The position numbers and the translations under genes were made by a program. From a virus (lineage: Duplodnaviria; Caudoviricetes), in the IMG/VR virus record IMGVR_UViG_3300025671_008697: DNA of 64,000 nt. One strand, written 5' to 3'. Positions 47,601 to 57,940 of this stretch are shown one piece after another. Each line of letters opens with the position of its first letter. The stretch's first letter is position 1. The notes beneath the pieces were generated by a model. That model saw only the letters and a program-made list of their open reading frames with translations, searched no databases and was not told the DNA's origin.

Positions 47601-48109
47601 GATATGACGCAGTAGGTCAGGCATGGTGTACAACTACAGAGTTGTGCGACTTGCTTTATAAAAATCCCGACTTAGATATAACTAACTTCCTTGTCGAAGA
47701 TGGACATAAGTTCAATCACAGTGTGAGAACACTATTTGCAGAGATGCCATTACTTAAAAACTATACTGAGTGGATTGGAGACGTCAACGAGTTCCATGAT
47801 TCTAAACAGAACACATGGCTAATGCCCGCAGAGTATCGAGAATTAGATATTGCGGCATGGCTGCTAAGTCAATGTACTAAAGAAGCAGAACTACAAAGAG
47901 TTGGTGAAGAATTACTACTTTATCAAGAGCGAGACTTGTTCAACTTACTTCGTTTTATGAAATATCTAGTAGATACACTTAGAAAAAACAACGTAGTTTG
48001 GGGTGTTGGGCGTGGATCCAGTGTAGCCAGTTATATACTTTACTTAATTGGTGTACATAAAATCAACAGTCTATATTATGACCTGGACATCCAGGAATTT
48101 CTTAAATAG
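47597..48109 (+). CDS. Stand-alone fragment of a split DnaE-type polymerase (region before the catalytic PDID motif)
   Basis: RVGEEL, WGVGRGSSVASYILYLIGVHKIN; ends EFLK. Confidence 0.78.
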   Translation: MRYDAVGQAWCTTTELCDLLYKNPDLDITNFLVEDGHKFNHSVRTLFAEMPLLKNYTEWIGDVNEFHDSKQNTWLMPAEYRELDIAAWLLSQCTKEAELQRVGEELLLYQERDLFNLLRFMKYLVDTLRKNNVVWGVGRGSSVASYILYLIGVHKINSLYYDLDIQEFLK

Positions 48110-48124
48110 TTTACTAGGGAGAAC

Positions 48125-48352
48125 ATGATGGCACGTGGCGTATACAGAACAGCACAGGGCAAGTTCATTAATATGGATAATTTAAGACTGCAAAACGAAC
48201 AAGAACGTGCAGTTGGAAATATGGCAGTAAACGCCAGAGGTGATCAAGTAAACAAACAAGGTCAAGTCGTAAAAGGACGTAACCAAGCAATCAATGAACG
48301 CTATCACGAACGTGATCAAGCAGCAAGACAAGCAATGAGGAAACCTAAATAA
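48125..48352 (+). CDS. Hypothetical phage protein
   Basis: YRTAQGK.INMDNL, AVGNMAVNARGD. Confidence 0.65.
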   Translation: MMARGVYRTAQGKFINMDNLRLQNEQERAVGNMAVNARGDQVNKQGQVVKGRNQAINERYHERDQAARQAMRKPK

Positions 48353-48775
48353 ATGGCAATTGAAAACCCTTTCGATCAAAAAATTGGATTTAAATTTACT
48401 AATAAAATCAAAAGTGTAAGAGCACTTAAAAATCATATTCTTGCAAGGGATATGGCATTTGGTAGTAGACAACTTAGTAGTGGTATCGTATTACTAGACG
48501 ACGACGGCAAGTCAGATGGTATTAGACCACGTTGGTGTCAAGTATATGCAGTTGGACCAGAACAAAAAGATGTCGAAGTTGGACAATGGATTCTGGTTGA
48601 GCATGGTCGTTGGACCCGAGGTGTCAAAGTAGATATCGACAATGCCGAGTTTACACTACGCAGGATTGACGGTGATGCTGTCATGCTGGTCAGTGATGAA
48701 CTGCCACCAGACGACACAGTCAGTACCGCAGTTGATGGTAACGCACAGCAAAGGATTGACTGGAGTCAACAGTGA
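48353..48775 (+). CDS. GroES/Cpn10-like co-chaperonin
   Basis: RALKNHIL, SSGIVL, VYAVGP, VEVGQWILV. Confidence 0.8.
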   Translation: MAIENPFDQKIGFKFTNKIKSVRALKNHILARDMAFGSRQLSSGIVLLDDDGKSDGIRPRWCQVYAVGPEQKDVEVGQWILVEHGRWTRGVKVDIDNAEFTLRRIDGDAVMLVSDELPPDDTVSTAVDGNAQQRIDWSQQ

Positions 48776-49011
48776 TCCGAGACTGGAACAGAGAAAAGAT
48801 TGAGCAGGAAATTTGGAAAATAAAATTTGCTGCTACGGATCCCAGAATGGACGGATTTACTACTTGGGGTTGCAAACAAGATTTAATTCGTTTAAAATAC
48901 TACATTGAAGACGCATTAGAAGATTGCTCAACCTACGTAGGTGAACAAGAGTTTATTAATAAACTTGAAGCAGAACGAACTTTCCGCGAATTAAAAAAGA
49001 CTCATGCTTAA
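48772..49011 (+). CDS. Hypothetical protein
   Basis: DPRMDGFTTWGCKQDL. Confidence 0.6.
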   Translation: MIRDWNREKIEQEIWKIKFAATDPRMDGFTTWGCKQDLIRLKYYIEDALEDCSTYVGEQEFINKLEAERTFRELKKTHA

Positions 49012-49174
49012 AACAGTCAGGGCTGTGCTTTGGAGTTTTCTTGGGGTACGTGGTAAAGAAGAATTCGAACAAGACAAAACACAGTTAACACCTATCACAT
49101 TAATAGCAGTGGGGTTCGTGCTCTGTGTTGTATTTGTAATAGCATTAATGATTTTAGTAAACATTGTAGTATGA
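49004..49174 (+). CDS. DUF2970-like small membrane protein (56 aa), not in ORF track
   Basis: Hand translation: RAVLWSFLGVR...EQD then TM helix. Confidence 0.7.
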   Translation: MLKTVRAVLWSFLGVRGKEEFEQDKTQLTPITLIAVGFVLCVVFVIALMILVNIVV

Positions 49175-49632
49175 TATTCAATAAAGTAAGAGAACTTAAA
49201 CAACAAGGTCTCAAGATAGGAATTACGTTTAGTACATTTGACTTGCTACACGCAGGACATGTTGCTATGCTCAGTGAATGTAAAAACCACTGTGATTATT
49301 TGATTGCTGCACTACAAACTGATCCCACAATTGACAGACCAGACACAAAAAATCCACCAGTACAGAGTATAGTAGAACGGCAGATACAGTTGGCTGCTAC
49401 TCGCTACGTAGATGAGATAGTGGTATACCAAACTGAAAAAGATTTGGAGGACATATTGTTAACACTACCCATAGATGTTAGAATTTTGGGTGTAGAATAT
49501 GCTGACAAAGATTTCACCGGCCGTCAAATTTGCATTGACAGAGACATTGAAATTGTTTACAATAAGCGGGATCACTCGTTTAGTAGCAGTAACTTACGCA
49601 AACGAGTAGCAGAGGCACAGAAAAATGGGTGA
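49171..49632 (+). CDS. Cytidylyltransferase (TagD-like)
   Basis: STFDLLHAGH, QSIVER, YVDEIV, SSSNLR. Confidence 0.88.
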   Translation: MIFNKVRELKQQGLKIGITFSTFDLLHAGHVAMLSECKNHCDYLIAALQTDPTIDRPDTKNPPVQSIVERQIQLAATRYVDEIVVYQTEKDLEDILLTLPIDVRILGVEYADKDFTGRQICIDRDIEIVYNKRDHSFSSSNLRKRVAEAQKNG

Positions 49633-49757
49633 CGGTGGTAAAGGCTCGAGCCCTAGACCTTATAGTGTAGATCAAAAAACATTCAGCGACAATTGGGACG
49701 CTATTTTCGGCAAGAAGAAAAAACCATCACCTGACGACAATCAAAAGAAAGATAACA

Positions 49758-50681
49758 ATGAAAGAACTTTGGACAGAGAAGTACAGACCCCGGACAGTTG
49801 ACAGTTATGTGTTCACTGACCCCGCAGTTCGAGAGCAAGTGCTAACTTGGATTAAGGAAGGCAGCGTTCCACATTTGTTGCTACATGGTCCAGCAGGCAC
49901 TGGCAAAACTACATTGGCCAAAGTATTAGTAAACCAACTTGAGATTGATGACTATGACTTTTTACAGGTTAACGCATCGCGTGACAATGGCGTGGATTTC
50001 CTTAAGACTAAGATTGAGGGTTTTGTCAGCACACTACCATTTGGTAGCCTTAAAATTGTACTTCTGGATGAGGCGGACTACTTATCGCCTAACGCACAAG
50101 GCCTGTTAAGAGGATTGATGGAAACTTATGCAGCACAGGCAAGATTTATTTTAACTTGTAACTTTGCCAACAAAGTTATCCCCCCACTAAAAAGTCGCTG
50201 TCATGAAATTCATGTACACAAAACTGATCAAGTTGAATTTACCGCAAGAGCAGCCACAGTGTTAGTTGAAGAAAATGTAGAGTTTGAATTAGACACACTG
50301 GACACGTATGTGCGTACCACATATCCAGACTTGCGTAAGTGTTTGAATTTGCTACAGGCAAACAGTACAACAGGTAAACTGGTGCAACCACGTGAAGGCG
50401 AAGGTGGCACAGATGATTGGAAACTTAGTGTTACAGAACTGTTCAAAGCACGTCGTATCAAAGAAGGACGCAAACTGTTGTGTGATCAAGCCAGACCAGA
50501 AGAAATGGAAGACGTGTTTCGTTGGATGTATGACAACTTAGATTTGTGGAGCCAGACAGACTCGGGACAAGACGAAGCAATTGTAATCATACGTCGAGGA
50601 TTAGTTAATCACAGTATGGTAGCAGACCCAGAAATTAATCTAAGTGCAACTATTGTAGAGTTAGCAGGTATCGCAGAATGA
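49758..50681 (+). CDS. Clamp loader subunit (RFC small subunit/gp44-like)
   Basis: LWTEKYRP, GPAGTGKTT, NAS, LDEADYL, SRC. Confidence 0.93.
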   Translation: MKELWTEKYRPRTVDSYVFTDPAVREQVLTWIKEGSVPHLLLHGPAGTGKTTLAKVLVNQLEIDDYDFLQVNASRDNGVDFLKTKIEGFVSTLPFGSLKIVLLDEADYLSPNAQGLLRGLMETYAAQARFILTCNFANKVIPPLKSRCHEIHVHKTDQVEFTARAATVLVEENVEFELDTLDTYVRTTYPDLRKCLNLLQANSTTGKLVQPREGEGGTDDWKLSVTELFKARRIKEGRKLLCDQARPEEMEDVFRWMYDNLDLWSQTDSGQDEAIVIIRRGLVNHSMVADPEINLSATIVELAGIAE

Positions 50682-51025
50682 CAAATCGAGACATCCATTT
50701 AATTGCTTACTATCATCAAAAACCCAAGGATCCTAAACGTACCAAGGAACCCGGTTACATGACCAACGTGGAAAACATTGCCTACGATGAATCCATAAAT
50801 ATTACAAGAGGTATCAAAACAAGGGATCAACTGCAGGCCAGTGTTATTTTAAATTTGAACAAAGAAACTGTAGTTAAAAACAGTTTCAATAGTGGAGCAG
50901 ACTATGCCAGTTTACTAGCACACTATCAAGAAGGTTATCCTAAGTATATTAATCCTTTACTAGCAGAATTATACCCAGAGGTAAAAGACAATGGAAATGT
51001 ACCAACAGAAAAAGAAGAAGCGTGA
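50678..51025 (+). CDS. Hypothetical protein
   Basis: ORF track, overlap coupling. Confidence 0.65.
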   Translation: MTNRDIHLIAYYHQKPKDPKRTKEPGYMTNVENIAYDESINITRGIKTRDQLQASVILNLNKETVVKNSFNSGADYASLLAHYQEGYPKYINPLLAELYPEVKDNGNVPTEKEEA

Positions 51026-51224
51026 AGTAGACCCCAATGCTCCTCCACGCCCTACTCTGTTGGGACATGAAAAAGAAATGAAAGTATGGCGCAATCAGTT
51101 TGAAAAACTGGCCAGTACTAACACAGAACAGGCAATTACAATCGCCACCCTTGAAAGAAAACTAAATCGATTACAAAGTCAGGTTGACGCCATGACTAGT
51201 TTTATCAACAGAAAGATTAGATGA
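50991..51224 (+). CDS. Coiled-coil hypothetical protein
   Basis: ORF track. Confidence 0.55.
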   Translation: MEMYQQKKKKREVDPNAPPRPTLLGHEKEMKVWRNQFEKLASTNTEQAITIATLERKLNRLQSQVDAMTSFINRKIR

Positions 51225-51811
51225 GAAAAAAAGTTATACTTACAGATTCGGATGGTGTACTAACTGATTGGGAATATGCTTTCGATATTTGGATGCAGGA
51301 GCATGGATTCCGGCGCCAAGAAGGCAGTGAATTTGAGTACAACATTGGCAAACGCTACGGCATTGACTACGAGCAAGGCAAAAAGTTAATAAAACTTTTT
51401 AACGAAAGTGCCAGTATAGGATTTCTACCCGCACTACGTGACAGTATGTTTTACGTTAAAAGACTACACGAAGAACACGGATACGTGTTTCACTGTATTA
51501 CCAGTCTAAGTCTAAATGAAAACGCACAAGAACTTAGGAAAATGAATCTAAAAAAACTGTTTGGGAAAACAGCGTTTGCTAAATTTATTATCTTAGATAC
51601 AGGTGCAGACAAAGACGAAGCACTAGAACAGTATCGCGACACTGGATGTTTTTGGATAGAAGATAAAATTACTAATGCAGAAGTTGGAGTTAAACTAGGG
51701 TTAAAAAGTCTGCTAGTAGAACACGGTCACAATATGCATCACAATAATCCTGCAATACCTAAAATGAAAAACTGGCGGCAAATCTACGAAAGAATTTTAA
51801 GTAGTAGTTAA
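51221..51811 (+). CDS. HAD 5'(3')-deoxyribonucleotidase-like protein
   Basis: LTDSDGVLTDW, CITS, WIEDK, HGHN. Confidence 0.8.
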   Translation: MRKKVILTDSDGVLTDWEYAFDIWMQEHGFRRQEGSEFEYNIGKRYGIDYEQGKKLIKLFNESASIGFLPALRDSMFYVKRLHEEHGYVFHCITSLSLNENAQELRKMNLKKLFGKTAFAKFIILDTGADKDEALEQYRDTGCFWIEDKITNAEVGVKLGLKSLLVEHGHNMHHNNPAIPKMKNWRQIYERILSSS

Positions 51812-51838
51812 TAAGGGAGCCTGGCTCCCTTATTTTTT
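51811..51838. terminator. Hairpin terminator between convergent genes
   Basis: ATAAGGGAGC-CTG-GCTCCCTTAT-TTTTT. Confidence 0.8.
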
Positions 51839-52571
51839 ATATCTCCTGATAAATTTTTAAGACTTCAATAACCGCAGGGTGACGTTGAATATCTCGGCCT
51901 TCCAATTCAACACCAGCCACATATTGGCAATCTCTATAACTTTCTACAAGTGATTTGAAGTCTAATAGACCATTGTCAGGGTCACGCCTATCTGCTTGGC
52001 GTGTGTCTCCAGTAACTATCATCTTACTGGCTTCACCTAAACGTGTCAGCAACATTTTCATTTGATTGGGAGTTGCATTCTGCATTTCGTCTGCAATGAT
52101 CCAAGCATTCTTAAATGTGCGTCCACGCATAAATGCTAGTGGAGATATCTCAATGATTTGTTCATCTAGCATTCTGGTAACTTCTCTTTTGTCGTAGTAT
52201 TCCATAAGAACATCAAACAACGGTCTGGTCCAAGGCTCCATTTTTTGATTTAGGTCACCTGGTAAAAACCCATGGCGTTCATCGTCTACTCCCACTGCTG
52301 GTCTGGTCAGCACTATCTTTGTTACCCTCCCGTCTTTTAGTGCCTGTATACCCGCAAGCATGGCCAACATAGTTTTACCCGTACCAGCAGGACCTGTGGC
52401 AAACACAATTAGTTTGCTGGGATCTGTTAGTAGGTTTACGTATGTTTCTTGATTGAGGGTTTTTGGAAGTAAATCGACTCTGCGTCGCTTGTTGTAGTAT
52501 GTGTTTAATTGTATAATGTTATCTGTATCACGGACTTGCTCCTGATACATTCTTTGCTTACGTTTTGACAA
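51837..52571 (-). CDS. phoH: PhoH family protein
   Basis: GPAGTGKT, RPAV, GFLPGD, PLAFMRGRTF, DEMQN, GDTRQ, RHP. Confidence 0.95.
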   Translation of the reverse strand: MSKRKQRMYQEQVRDTDNIIQLNTYYNKRRRVDLLPKTLNQETYVNLLTDPSKLIVFATGPAGTGKTMLAMLAGIQALKDGRVTKIVLTRPAVGVDDERHGFLPGDLNQKMEPWTRPLFDVLMEYYDKREVTRMLDEQIIEISPLAFMRGRTFKNAWIIADEMQNATPNQMKMLLTRLGEASKMIVTGDTRQADRRDPDNGLLDFKSLVESYRDCQYVAGVELEGRDIQRHPAVIEVLKIYQEI

Positions 52572-52709
52572 TGTGTCCTCCTGATCGTAAACGTAGTTTT
52601 CGGTGTTAGCAGACCGGCTAACACCCTGTCTACTAGAATATTTAAATCTGGTTTACAGGAGGAATATTACACTATAATTCTAAAACTTAAGGCATAAGTA
52701 TTTGGCTGT

Positions 52710-53444
52710 TTAACGCTTAGTGTAAACAAAATATAGTCTACTGTTAGCATCTTTCTTAAAAGTATCTAGTGTGAGATTGTACTTTTCGGCAAACTCATTC
52801 ACCGTTTCAAAATCCCAAAGAAAGATATCTACATAAGGTCCTGTTTTATGGGGAATCCCTGGATTAGCACGTAAGAAAAACTTACCCCCAGATTTCAACA
52901 AATTTACACAGTGACTGAAACGCTGTTCAATTTCATCTTTTGAATTAAAGTTAATGGAGCCCAATGCTATTATAACATCAAAACTTTCTGGTGCTACACG
53001 ATATTCTAAGATATCTACTTCGTAGTCTGCACAATTATTATAGGGGTCTATACCTACCAAATTGTTGATTCGTCCTTTAAAAGGATGGTATCCACAACCT
53101 ACGTCCAACACTTTACTGGGATTGAGTTTGTTAACTTCATCTGCTAATTGCCAACCGGTATATTCAAATTCGTTAGTTCTAGGTTTCCATATTTCACTAA
53201 AAAATCTTAGCGTATAACGTTCACTTAAGTCTGCAACAATATTTTTTACAGTACCATAATAGTCGCTGTCCAAACTGAGTTCAGATTCCATAGCATTTTT
53301 AAATTTACGATAACGGGCAGGAGTCCACGGCAGTTTGTCGACTTCAGTTTCCCCTCCGATAGCGTCATAAATTTTTTGATACTTGGGTAAATTAAACGCA
53401 CTCTTTAAATTTTTTTCTAAAAGAGCAAAAATTTTCGTATTCAT
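52710..53444 (-). CDS. Class I SAM-dependent methyltransferase with an extra N-terminal helical domain
   Basis: VLDVGCG, VGIDP, FDVIIALGSINF, LKSGGK. Confidence 0.85.
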   Translation of the reverse strand: MNTKIFALLEKNLKSAFNLPKYQKIYDAIGGETEVDKLPWTPARYRKFKNAMESELSLDSDYYGTVKNIVADLSERYTLRFFSEIWKPRTNEFEYTGWQLADEVNKLNPSKVLDVGCGYHPFKGRINNLVGIDPYNNCADYEVDILEYRVAPESFDVIIALGSINFNSKDEIEQRFSHCVNLLKSGGKFFLRANPGIPHKTGPYVDIFLWDFETVNEFAEKYNLTLDTFKKDANSRLYFVYTKR

Positions 53445-53527
53445 ATAAAATTTTTTACTTTCGACTAAATAAATTTGTCAATCAATAATTTTTTGACTAA
53501 GTAACTTTAATTATCAATAAATTCTGT

Positions 53528-54169
53528 ATGAAATATATTTTTGTGGCAGGTGCACCAGGATCAAAATGGAGTAGTGTAGTTAAAAACATCTACTATAGTG
53601 CCAGCATTGACCGCACAGATTATACTGAGGCTCGTACATACCATCACGATGCTTCAGGGACTATGCAGTTAATGCACTTGGGTGCTTATTTTGATCCAGG
53701 CATGGAATTTGGTGATTTTTTCGATAAAATGGACCAGTACAGTCGAGAGGACTTAGAACTAGAGTTTGACCGTCCTTTCTCGGGCAAGGGTGTACGTATT
53801 ATTAAAAGTCATGTTTTTGCACATCATATCGATTTTATTCAACGTACTTGGCCCGACTGTCCCATTGTACTTGTACACAGGCCCAACGACAGTTGTTTAG
53901 GCTGGTGGACGATGTGTGGAGAATTTGCAATTACCTATCCAGACTATAGCAGTTATTACAAAAACCTAAAACACATGACAACACAAATACGTGCTCAAAA
54001 TCAGGATATTATTAAAGCAATGGAAGACCGGCCGGGATTTTTTTCTTACGATAATAGAACTGCTTGTTTAAACTTGCACATCGAGCAGCCTCCAGAAGAA
54101 TACAGACAGGATTATTCTCAAGACGATATTAAAGTTAAAATTCTATCTTTTACAAAGGAAATAAAATGA
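53528..54169 (+). CDS. P-loop/sulfotransferase-like protein
   Basis: IFVAGAPGSKWSS, IIKSH, IVLVHR. Confidence 0.5.
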   Translation: MKYIFVAGAPGSKWSSVVKNIYYSASIDRTDYTEARTYHHDASGTMQLMHLGAYFDPGMEFGDFFDKMDQYSREDLELEFDRPFSGKGVRIIKSHVFAHHIDFIQRTWPDCPIVLVHRPNDSCLGWWTMCGEFAITYPDYSSYYKNLKHMTTQIRAQNQDIIKAMEDRPGFFSYDNRTACLNLHIEQPPEEYRQDYSQDDIKVKILSFTKEIK

Positions 54170-55221
54170 AGCGACTACTAGCAATGTTAGCATTGGTGAT
54201 TGGCACACAAGCCCATGCAGACTATACTTTAATTGTGCCACAAGGTCCCGGATTGGGTACTGCTGTTTGGGCTGGCATTATAGCACAGAATCTCAGCAAA
54301 TACACAGACGAACCTGTTGTTGTAAGACATATTCCCGGAGCACGTGATATTCCTGGATACAATGAATTTCACAACAAACTAAGATTCGACGACAAAACTA
54401 TTATGGTGGCCCACGGCGGCAACGGTGTTAGTTTTTTGTTGGATCGGGTAGACTACGATTACAGACAGTACGATGCCATTGGCATGATGAACTTGGATAT
54501 TGTGGTAGGAAAACGTGTGGGCACAGATCCCAAAAAGGACACATTTAAAGTAGCAGGCGGTTCTGGACTAGAACCCGACGGTATGGCCATGGCCATGATG
54601 GTTTGTGGACCACAAAAAGATGGTAGTATTTCTGCTTATCTTGACTGCTGGAAAAAACGTGTAGTATGGGTCAACGGTGTTAAAGGTGCAGAAAAGCGTT
54701 TGGGATTTTTACGTGGCGAACTAAACATTACTCGTGAAAGTCCTCCTGCTTGGATTAAGTTCTGGACTGACAAGGCTAAAAATAACGAAGTATGGTTTAC
54801 ACATGGCACTTACGACTTAGCCAATAAACGTCAAGTTGCTGACGCAAACTTTCCAAATACACAGTTCGAAGATGTATATCAGAAATTATGGGGTCAAGCA
54901 CCTAGTGGTGAATTGTATGAAGCATATCGTCTGACTCGTAACTGGCGTGATGTTATTCAAAAATCACTATGGGTTAATAAGGGTAATCCCAATACAGAAA
55001 AACTTCGTGCGGCACTACGTAAGATGTTAGCAGATCCCGAAGCAGTTCGTGCCATTGAACAACGTACAGGACGTTATGGTTGGATTGTGGGTGACGATGG
55101 TAATGCAGTTATTGGTGAACTCAGCAAGTTAATCACAGAGCCAGCACTTAAAGGTGCAGTACGTTGGAATCAAGAAGCCTACGGTTTCCCCAGTGTTTAC
55201 AAACCTGAATTAGTCAAGTGA
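54166..55221 (+). CDS. tctC: Tripartite tricarboxylate transporter substrate-binding protein (TctC/Bug-like, divergent)
   Basis: Signal peptide; LIVPQGPGLGT, PVVVRHIPGA; adjacent to TctA. Confidence 0.7.
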   Translation: MKRLLAMLALVIGTQAHADYTLIVPQGPGLGTAVWAGIIAQNLSKYTDEPVVVRHIPGARDIPGYNEFHNKLRFDDKTIMVAHGGNGVSFLLDRVDYDYRQYDAIGMMNLDIVVGKRVGTDPKKDTFKVAGGSGLEPDGMAMAMMVCGPQKDGSISAYLDCWKKRVVWVNGVKGAEKRLGFLRGELNITRESPPAWIKFWTDKAKNNEVWFTHGTYDLANKRQVADANFPNTQFEDVYQKLWGQAPSGELYEAYRLTRNWRDVIQKSLWVNKGNPNTEKLRAALRKMLADPEAVRAIEQRTGRYGWIVGDDGNAVIGELSKLITEPALKGAVRWNQEAYGFPSVYKPELVK

Positions 55222-56660
55222 TCGCTTACTTACTTTGGATTTTAGCAGGCAGTTTATACGGTCTGCTGATAGGAGTGATACCAATTGCAGGAGTAACTAC
55301 TGCGTTAATCACTGTGTTTGGTTTCGCTCCTTATTTCCTTAGTGACCCTTATGCTGGTATCGTGTTTCTTACCAGCATTATTGCTGCCTGCGCGGCTGCG
55401 GACAGTTATACCAGCATACTGACAGGCATACCCGGGGCGTCAACCACTGCAGCCTGTGTTATAGATGGATACCCTATGACACAACAGGGCCAAGCAGGTC
55501 GTGCAATGGGCATTGCTATCTTCGACAGTACTGTCAACGGTGTGTTATACGGCACACTGGCATTTTTGTTGCTGCCATACTACGGACAAATTATTCTATG
55601 GTTTGGCATGCCTGAGTTTGCAGGCTTTATGTTAATGAGTCTTGCCTGTGTAGGATTTGTTGCCAGCAAAAATCCCTTTAAAAGTTTAATTGCAATTGCA
55701 CTTGGATTATTCGTTGGTGTTATAGGACAGGATCCTGCCACAGGTGCTTACCGTTTTACTTTTGGCTGGGAGTACTTAGGTGCAGGTGTACAAATGATTG
55801 CACTGATATCTGGCTTGTTTGGCATTCCAGAACTACTATGGGGGTTGAAAAATAGACATAAGCGTCCTCCAGTATTTGACCAGTACTGGCATCAATTACG
55901 TCAAGGTGTGCGTGACTGTATAGAATATAGACGTGACATGATGCGTGGTGGTGTAATAGGATTTGTCACAGGCTTACTGCCAGGTGTAGGTGGTGCAATA
56001 GGAGACTTTTTAGCCTATGGTTCCACAGTGGCGCGGCATCCAGATAAAAAGTTTGGTGAAGGCAATCCATTAGGCTTATTAGGATGCGAAGGTGCTAACA
56101 GTGCTCAAAAAGTGTCAAGTATGTTGCCCACAGTGTTGTTTGGGATACCAGCCGCGCCTTTTGCTGCTATCATGATGGCACTGTGTATCTACTTTGGCAT
56201 TGAACTGGGTACACCCATGTTAATTTACGACACAGACTTTGTACTAAGCCTTGCTGCAGGATTTGTGGGCGGCAGTATTGTAGTAGGCATAGTCAGCGTA
56301 GTGTTCATGCGTTACATTGTAAAAATATTGGAAATACCCTATTGGATATATGCTACTATTATTTTAGCAGTTATTGTGTGGGCAAACTTTCAATACACAC
56401 AGGGTTGGCAGGACATGGCCATGCTGACATTATGTGGTACGTTAGGTATTGCGTGTAAATATTATGATATCAGCAGACCGGCATTGTTAGTAACTTATGT
56501 GGTAGCCGAACGTTTAGAAGGTTACATCTTACAGACCAATCAACTGTACACATGGGACCAATTGGTCACACGACCTTTGTTTGTGTTGACTGTGGCAGTG
56601 GCTGCATGGATTGTGTATAGAAGCATAAGAAATAAAAACCGAGGATTAAATTATGTCTAA
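55218..56660 (+). CDS. tctA: Tripartite tricarboxylate transporter permease TctA
   Basis: GVIPIAG, GIPGAST, DGYPMTQQG.AGRA, GLLPGVGG, EGANSA, LFGIP. Confidence 0.9.
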   Translation: MIAYLLWILAGSLYGLLIGVIPIAGVTTALITVFGFAPYFLSDPYAGIVFLTSIIAACAAADSYTSILTGIPGASTTAACVIDGYPMTQQGQAGRAMGIAIFDSTVNGVLYGTLAFLLLPYYGQIILWFGMPEFAGFMLMSLACVGFVASKNPFKSLIAIALGLFVGVIGQDPATGAYRFTFGWEYLGAGVQMIALISGLFGIPELLWGLKNRHKRPPVFDQYWHQLRQGVRDCIEYRRDMMRGGVIGFVTGLLPGVGGAIGDFLAYGSTVARHPDKKFGEGNPLGLLGCEGANSAQKVSSMLPTVLFGIPAAPFAAIMMALCIYFGIELGTPMLIYDTDFVLSLAAGFVGGSIVVGIVSVVFMRYIVKILEIPYWIYATIILAVIVWANFQYTQGWQDMAMLTLCGTLGIACKYYDISRPALLVTYVVAERLEGYILQTNQLYTWDQLVTRPLFVLTVAVAAWIVYRSIRNKNRGLNYV

Positions 56661-57336
56661 GAGTAATTGGGAAATTACTAAGCAAAGAAGTCAGTATCAT
56701 TTTAACACTATGATCAATGATCCAAAATACGATACTGTAGTTAAACTTGGAAGAATCAAACCCACATGGACTGCAGAGTTGGAGCAGGCTATTGCAGATG
56801 CATACCCAGTTACTTGGCGTACTCGTGGCAGACCCAACGACACACTGGTCAGAGCAAGTGAAGAATACGATCAAGAAGAGTACGACTTAGAATCGTACGG
56901 CATGAGCAAAGACTATGTTGTAACAGACATGAACTATTCTGTAAGTGCTATATATCAACGTATAGCAGACCAGTTTGCTTTAGACTTACCAATGACGAGA
57001 GTGCATGTACAACGCCCCGGACAAGTTTGGAACTTGCACTTGGACAAGTTAGAAAAGTGGATGCCTGAAGATCCCGCACAAGTTGTTAGATACTTTGTAC
57101 AGTTGACTGATTGGCAAATGGGCCATTTTTGGAACTACGGAAACTATCAGTACGCAGGATGGCGTGCGGGTGATGTTACCACATTTGATTGGTTAAACGT
57201 GCCTCACAGCACTGCCAATGCCGGGCATACGCCCAGAGTTACACTACAAGTTACCGGAGTAAAAACCAAAGAGACTGATTTTTTTCTCGCTAAATTACAG
57301 TATAATCATCAAGTTGAAATCAATGAACAAAGTTGA
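56653..57336 (+). CDS. Cupin/2OG-Fe(II) dioxygenase-like (Asp/Asn beta-hydroxylase-like) protein
   Basis: QRPGQVWNLHLD (HxD) and PHSTANAG.TPRVTLQVTG. Confidence 0.65.
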   Translation: MSKSNWEITKQRSQYHFNTMINDPKYDTVVKLGRIKPTWTAELEQAIADAYPVTWRTRGRPNDTLVRASEEYDQEEYDLESYGMSKDYVVTDMNYSVSAIYQRIADQFALDLPMTRVHVQRPGQVWNLHLDKLEKWMPEDPAQVVRYFVQLTDWQMGHFWNYGNYQYAGWRAGDVTTFDWLNVPHSTANAGHTPRVTLQVTGVKTKETDFFLAKLQYNHQVEINEQS

Positions 57337-57940
57337 ACCGGGGCACAAATATTTTGATTGGGGTTATTCAGATTCTGAACTTTATGCACTGTATTCTCCT
57401 ATATTAGATAAAATTATGTTTTTGTGCAATGATTTAGAACATACTATTTCATTGGGTTTACTTATTTCTTCTAAGATGCATTTATTTCCTATTAGAATAG
57501 ATCAATCACACAACTATTCAAAAGAATTAATTGACAATTCTTGTTGTTACTACAGAACATTCTCTGACTTAAAAAATATCAAAAAAATAAACTATCCTTA
57601 CTTTAGAATTTTTGCAAGAGATATTGTAAGTTACAAAAATAAAATTACCGAATCTAAAGAAAAAATAGATGAATCTGTTACCACTATAAGAAATTTTTTA
57701 TTTTTAAGCAATTGGACCCTTCACCAATTTGGCAATGTAGATTTATGCTTAAAATATTCTCAAGAACTTTTGCCAATTTTACCTAATGGAATATTTGAGA
57801 CATATTACAATCAAAAAAAGAAATGCCTGGAACAGATTTATCTCGGTGAAAACTTCGAAGTAGCAAGTGATTTTATAGAAACTCATATTAAAAATAATAT
57901 AATACAATATGGCCCGAATAATATATTTTCCTTGGAATAA
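57323..57940 (+). CDS. Hypothetical protein (very AT-rich)
   Basis: ORF track, internal Met. Confidence 0.55.
   Translation: MNKVEPGHKYFDWGYSDSELYALYSPILDKIMFLCNDLEHTISLGLLISSKMHLFPIRIDQSHNYSKELIDNSCCYYRTFSDLKNIKKINYPYFRIFARDIVSYKNKITESKEKIDESVTTIRNFLFLSNWTLHQFGNVDLCLKYSQELLPILPNGIFETYYNQKKKCLEQIYLGENFEVASDFIETHIKNNIIQYGPNNIFSLE

Noticed and set aside
47597-48109. Split intein (cyanobacterial-type DnaE)
   Set aside because: No Cys-initiated intein block follows the DnaE segment; the ORF ends EFLK
52575-52650. Riboswitch upstream of phoH
   Set aside because: Only a simple 9-bp hairpin (GGTGTTAGC/GCTAACACC) after a late promoter; no known aptamer features
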